Source: Hydrurus foetidus
Lineage: Eukaryota
DNA: 59,241 nt
Direction: 5' to 3'
NCBI GenBank assembly: GCA_900617105.1
Contig: UYFQ01000397.1
Coordinates: forward strand, 1-59,241
Every line of letters starts with the position of its first letter. The first letter of the stretch is position 1. Shown piece after piece: positions 58,601 to 59,241 of the stretch. A model generated the notes under the pieces. That model did no database searches. It was given only the letters and a program-made list of their open reading frames with translations, and had not been told where the DNA came from. The translations under genes were made by a program, and so were the position numbers.

Positions 58601-59241
58601 GGAGGGGCCAGCTGGCGGGCTTGATGCAATCGTTGAGGTTCCTGTAGTCGATGCAAACCCGCACTTTGTCTTCTGTCTTCTGTACAATCACTGGGTGACT
58701 GTAATAAGATGCGTTTGATTTCTCAATAACGCCATCTGCAAGCATCGTCTTGATAGCTTTCTCTATCTCGATGTTGTTCTTGACCGACTGGGGTCGGCAT
58801 GGGGTCCTGTTCCCTGGGGTCTCCCACAGAGGTTCCTCCACATTAAACCGGAACGGGGTTAAGTCCGCGGCTCTTTCCGCGAGTACATCACTGAAGATGT
58901 CTCGGTATTCCATGACAAGATCTTTTAATCTGTGTACTTGGGTCTCACTACCCGCGAACACAAATTGCTCTAAGAAAGCTTTGGTGTTGTCCTCCCCTCT
59001 ATGAAGGTCCTTGTTGTCGCTGAAGAAGGCACCGAAAGTGTCGACTTTCTCATTATCAATCTCATCAACGGAGACTATGATACCACTGGGCTTAACGCAG
59101 ACAGGGTGGAGAATATCTTCGCTTGTTATAAGTGGTGTGTGCGAAGGGGTGTGATGGAGGTCGACACCCGGACGCTGTGTATCGTCGTACGTACAGCCAA
59201 GGCAGCAACTACGTTGCCTGGAAGCTGACGACCCTCGTTAC
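55665..59241 (-). mobile_element. Second Ty3/gypsy chromovirus, degenerate; 5' part outside the window
   Basis: The 3' LTR starts at 55859 on - (TGTGAT) after PPT GGAGTAAGTGGGGGTAA; its outer end near 55665 is tentative. Pol is clearly homologous to that of element 1. Confidence 0.92.
56161..59241 (-). pseudogene. pol: Disrupted gypsy pol (RT, RNase H, integrase, chromodomain)
   Basis: Motifs YLDD, LPFGPK, YTDASDYG, SDRGPHF and FLVKWLNYSEEHNSWEP. Frameshifting deletion near 57930, a 20-bp duplication GTGGGCCTGCTCCATCCACT at ~57427-57466, and an in-frame loss of residues in KPT-I-MDLT relative to element 1. Confidence 0.92.

Overview
Eukaryotic nuclear DNA with GT-AG introns and compact gene spacing. 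Two proteins carry signal peptide + 'A/G-F' bipartite plastid-targeting leaders, so the host is most likely a plastid-bearing stramenopile (ochrophyte); this is an inference. Host genes: SQD1, eIF2-gamma, a polo-like kinase, DPH4, a mitochondrial-carrier-family protein, ALG9, an LC8-type dynein light chain, ARP6, a beta-carbonic anhydrase, WDR74/NSA1, and a three-exon, ~1057-aa fusion of a complete HMG-CoA synthase to a Cys-His-His beta-ketoacyl synthase. Mobile elements: two related, frame-disrupted Ty3/gypsy chromoviruses at the window ends (the left one apparently nested in a PIF/Harbinger-like element); an intact Ty1/copia element with identical 366-bp LTRs and a 5-bp TSD just upstream of the fusion gene; and a deleted hAT element inserted in a (TGTACGG)n array. 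Most notable: the HMGS-KS fusion, a structurally conserved 3'-UTR RNA element shared by the two chromoviruses, and period-7 repeats upstream of most genes. Exon boundaries were read by eye and no database searches were run.
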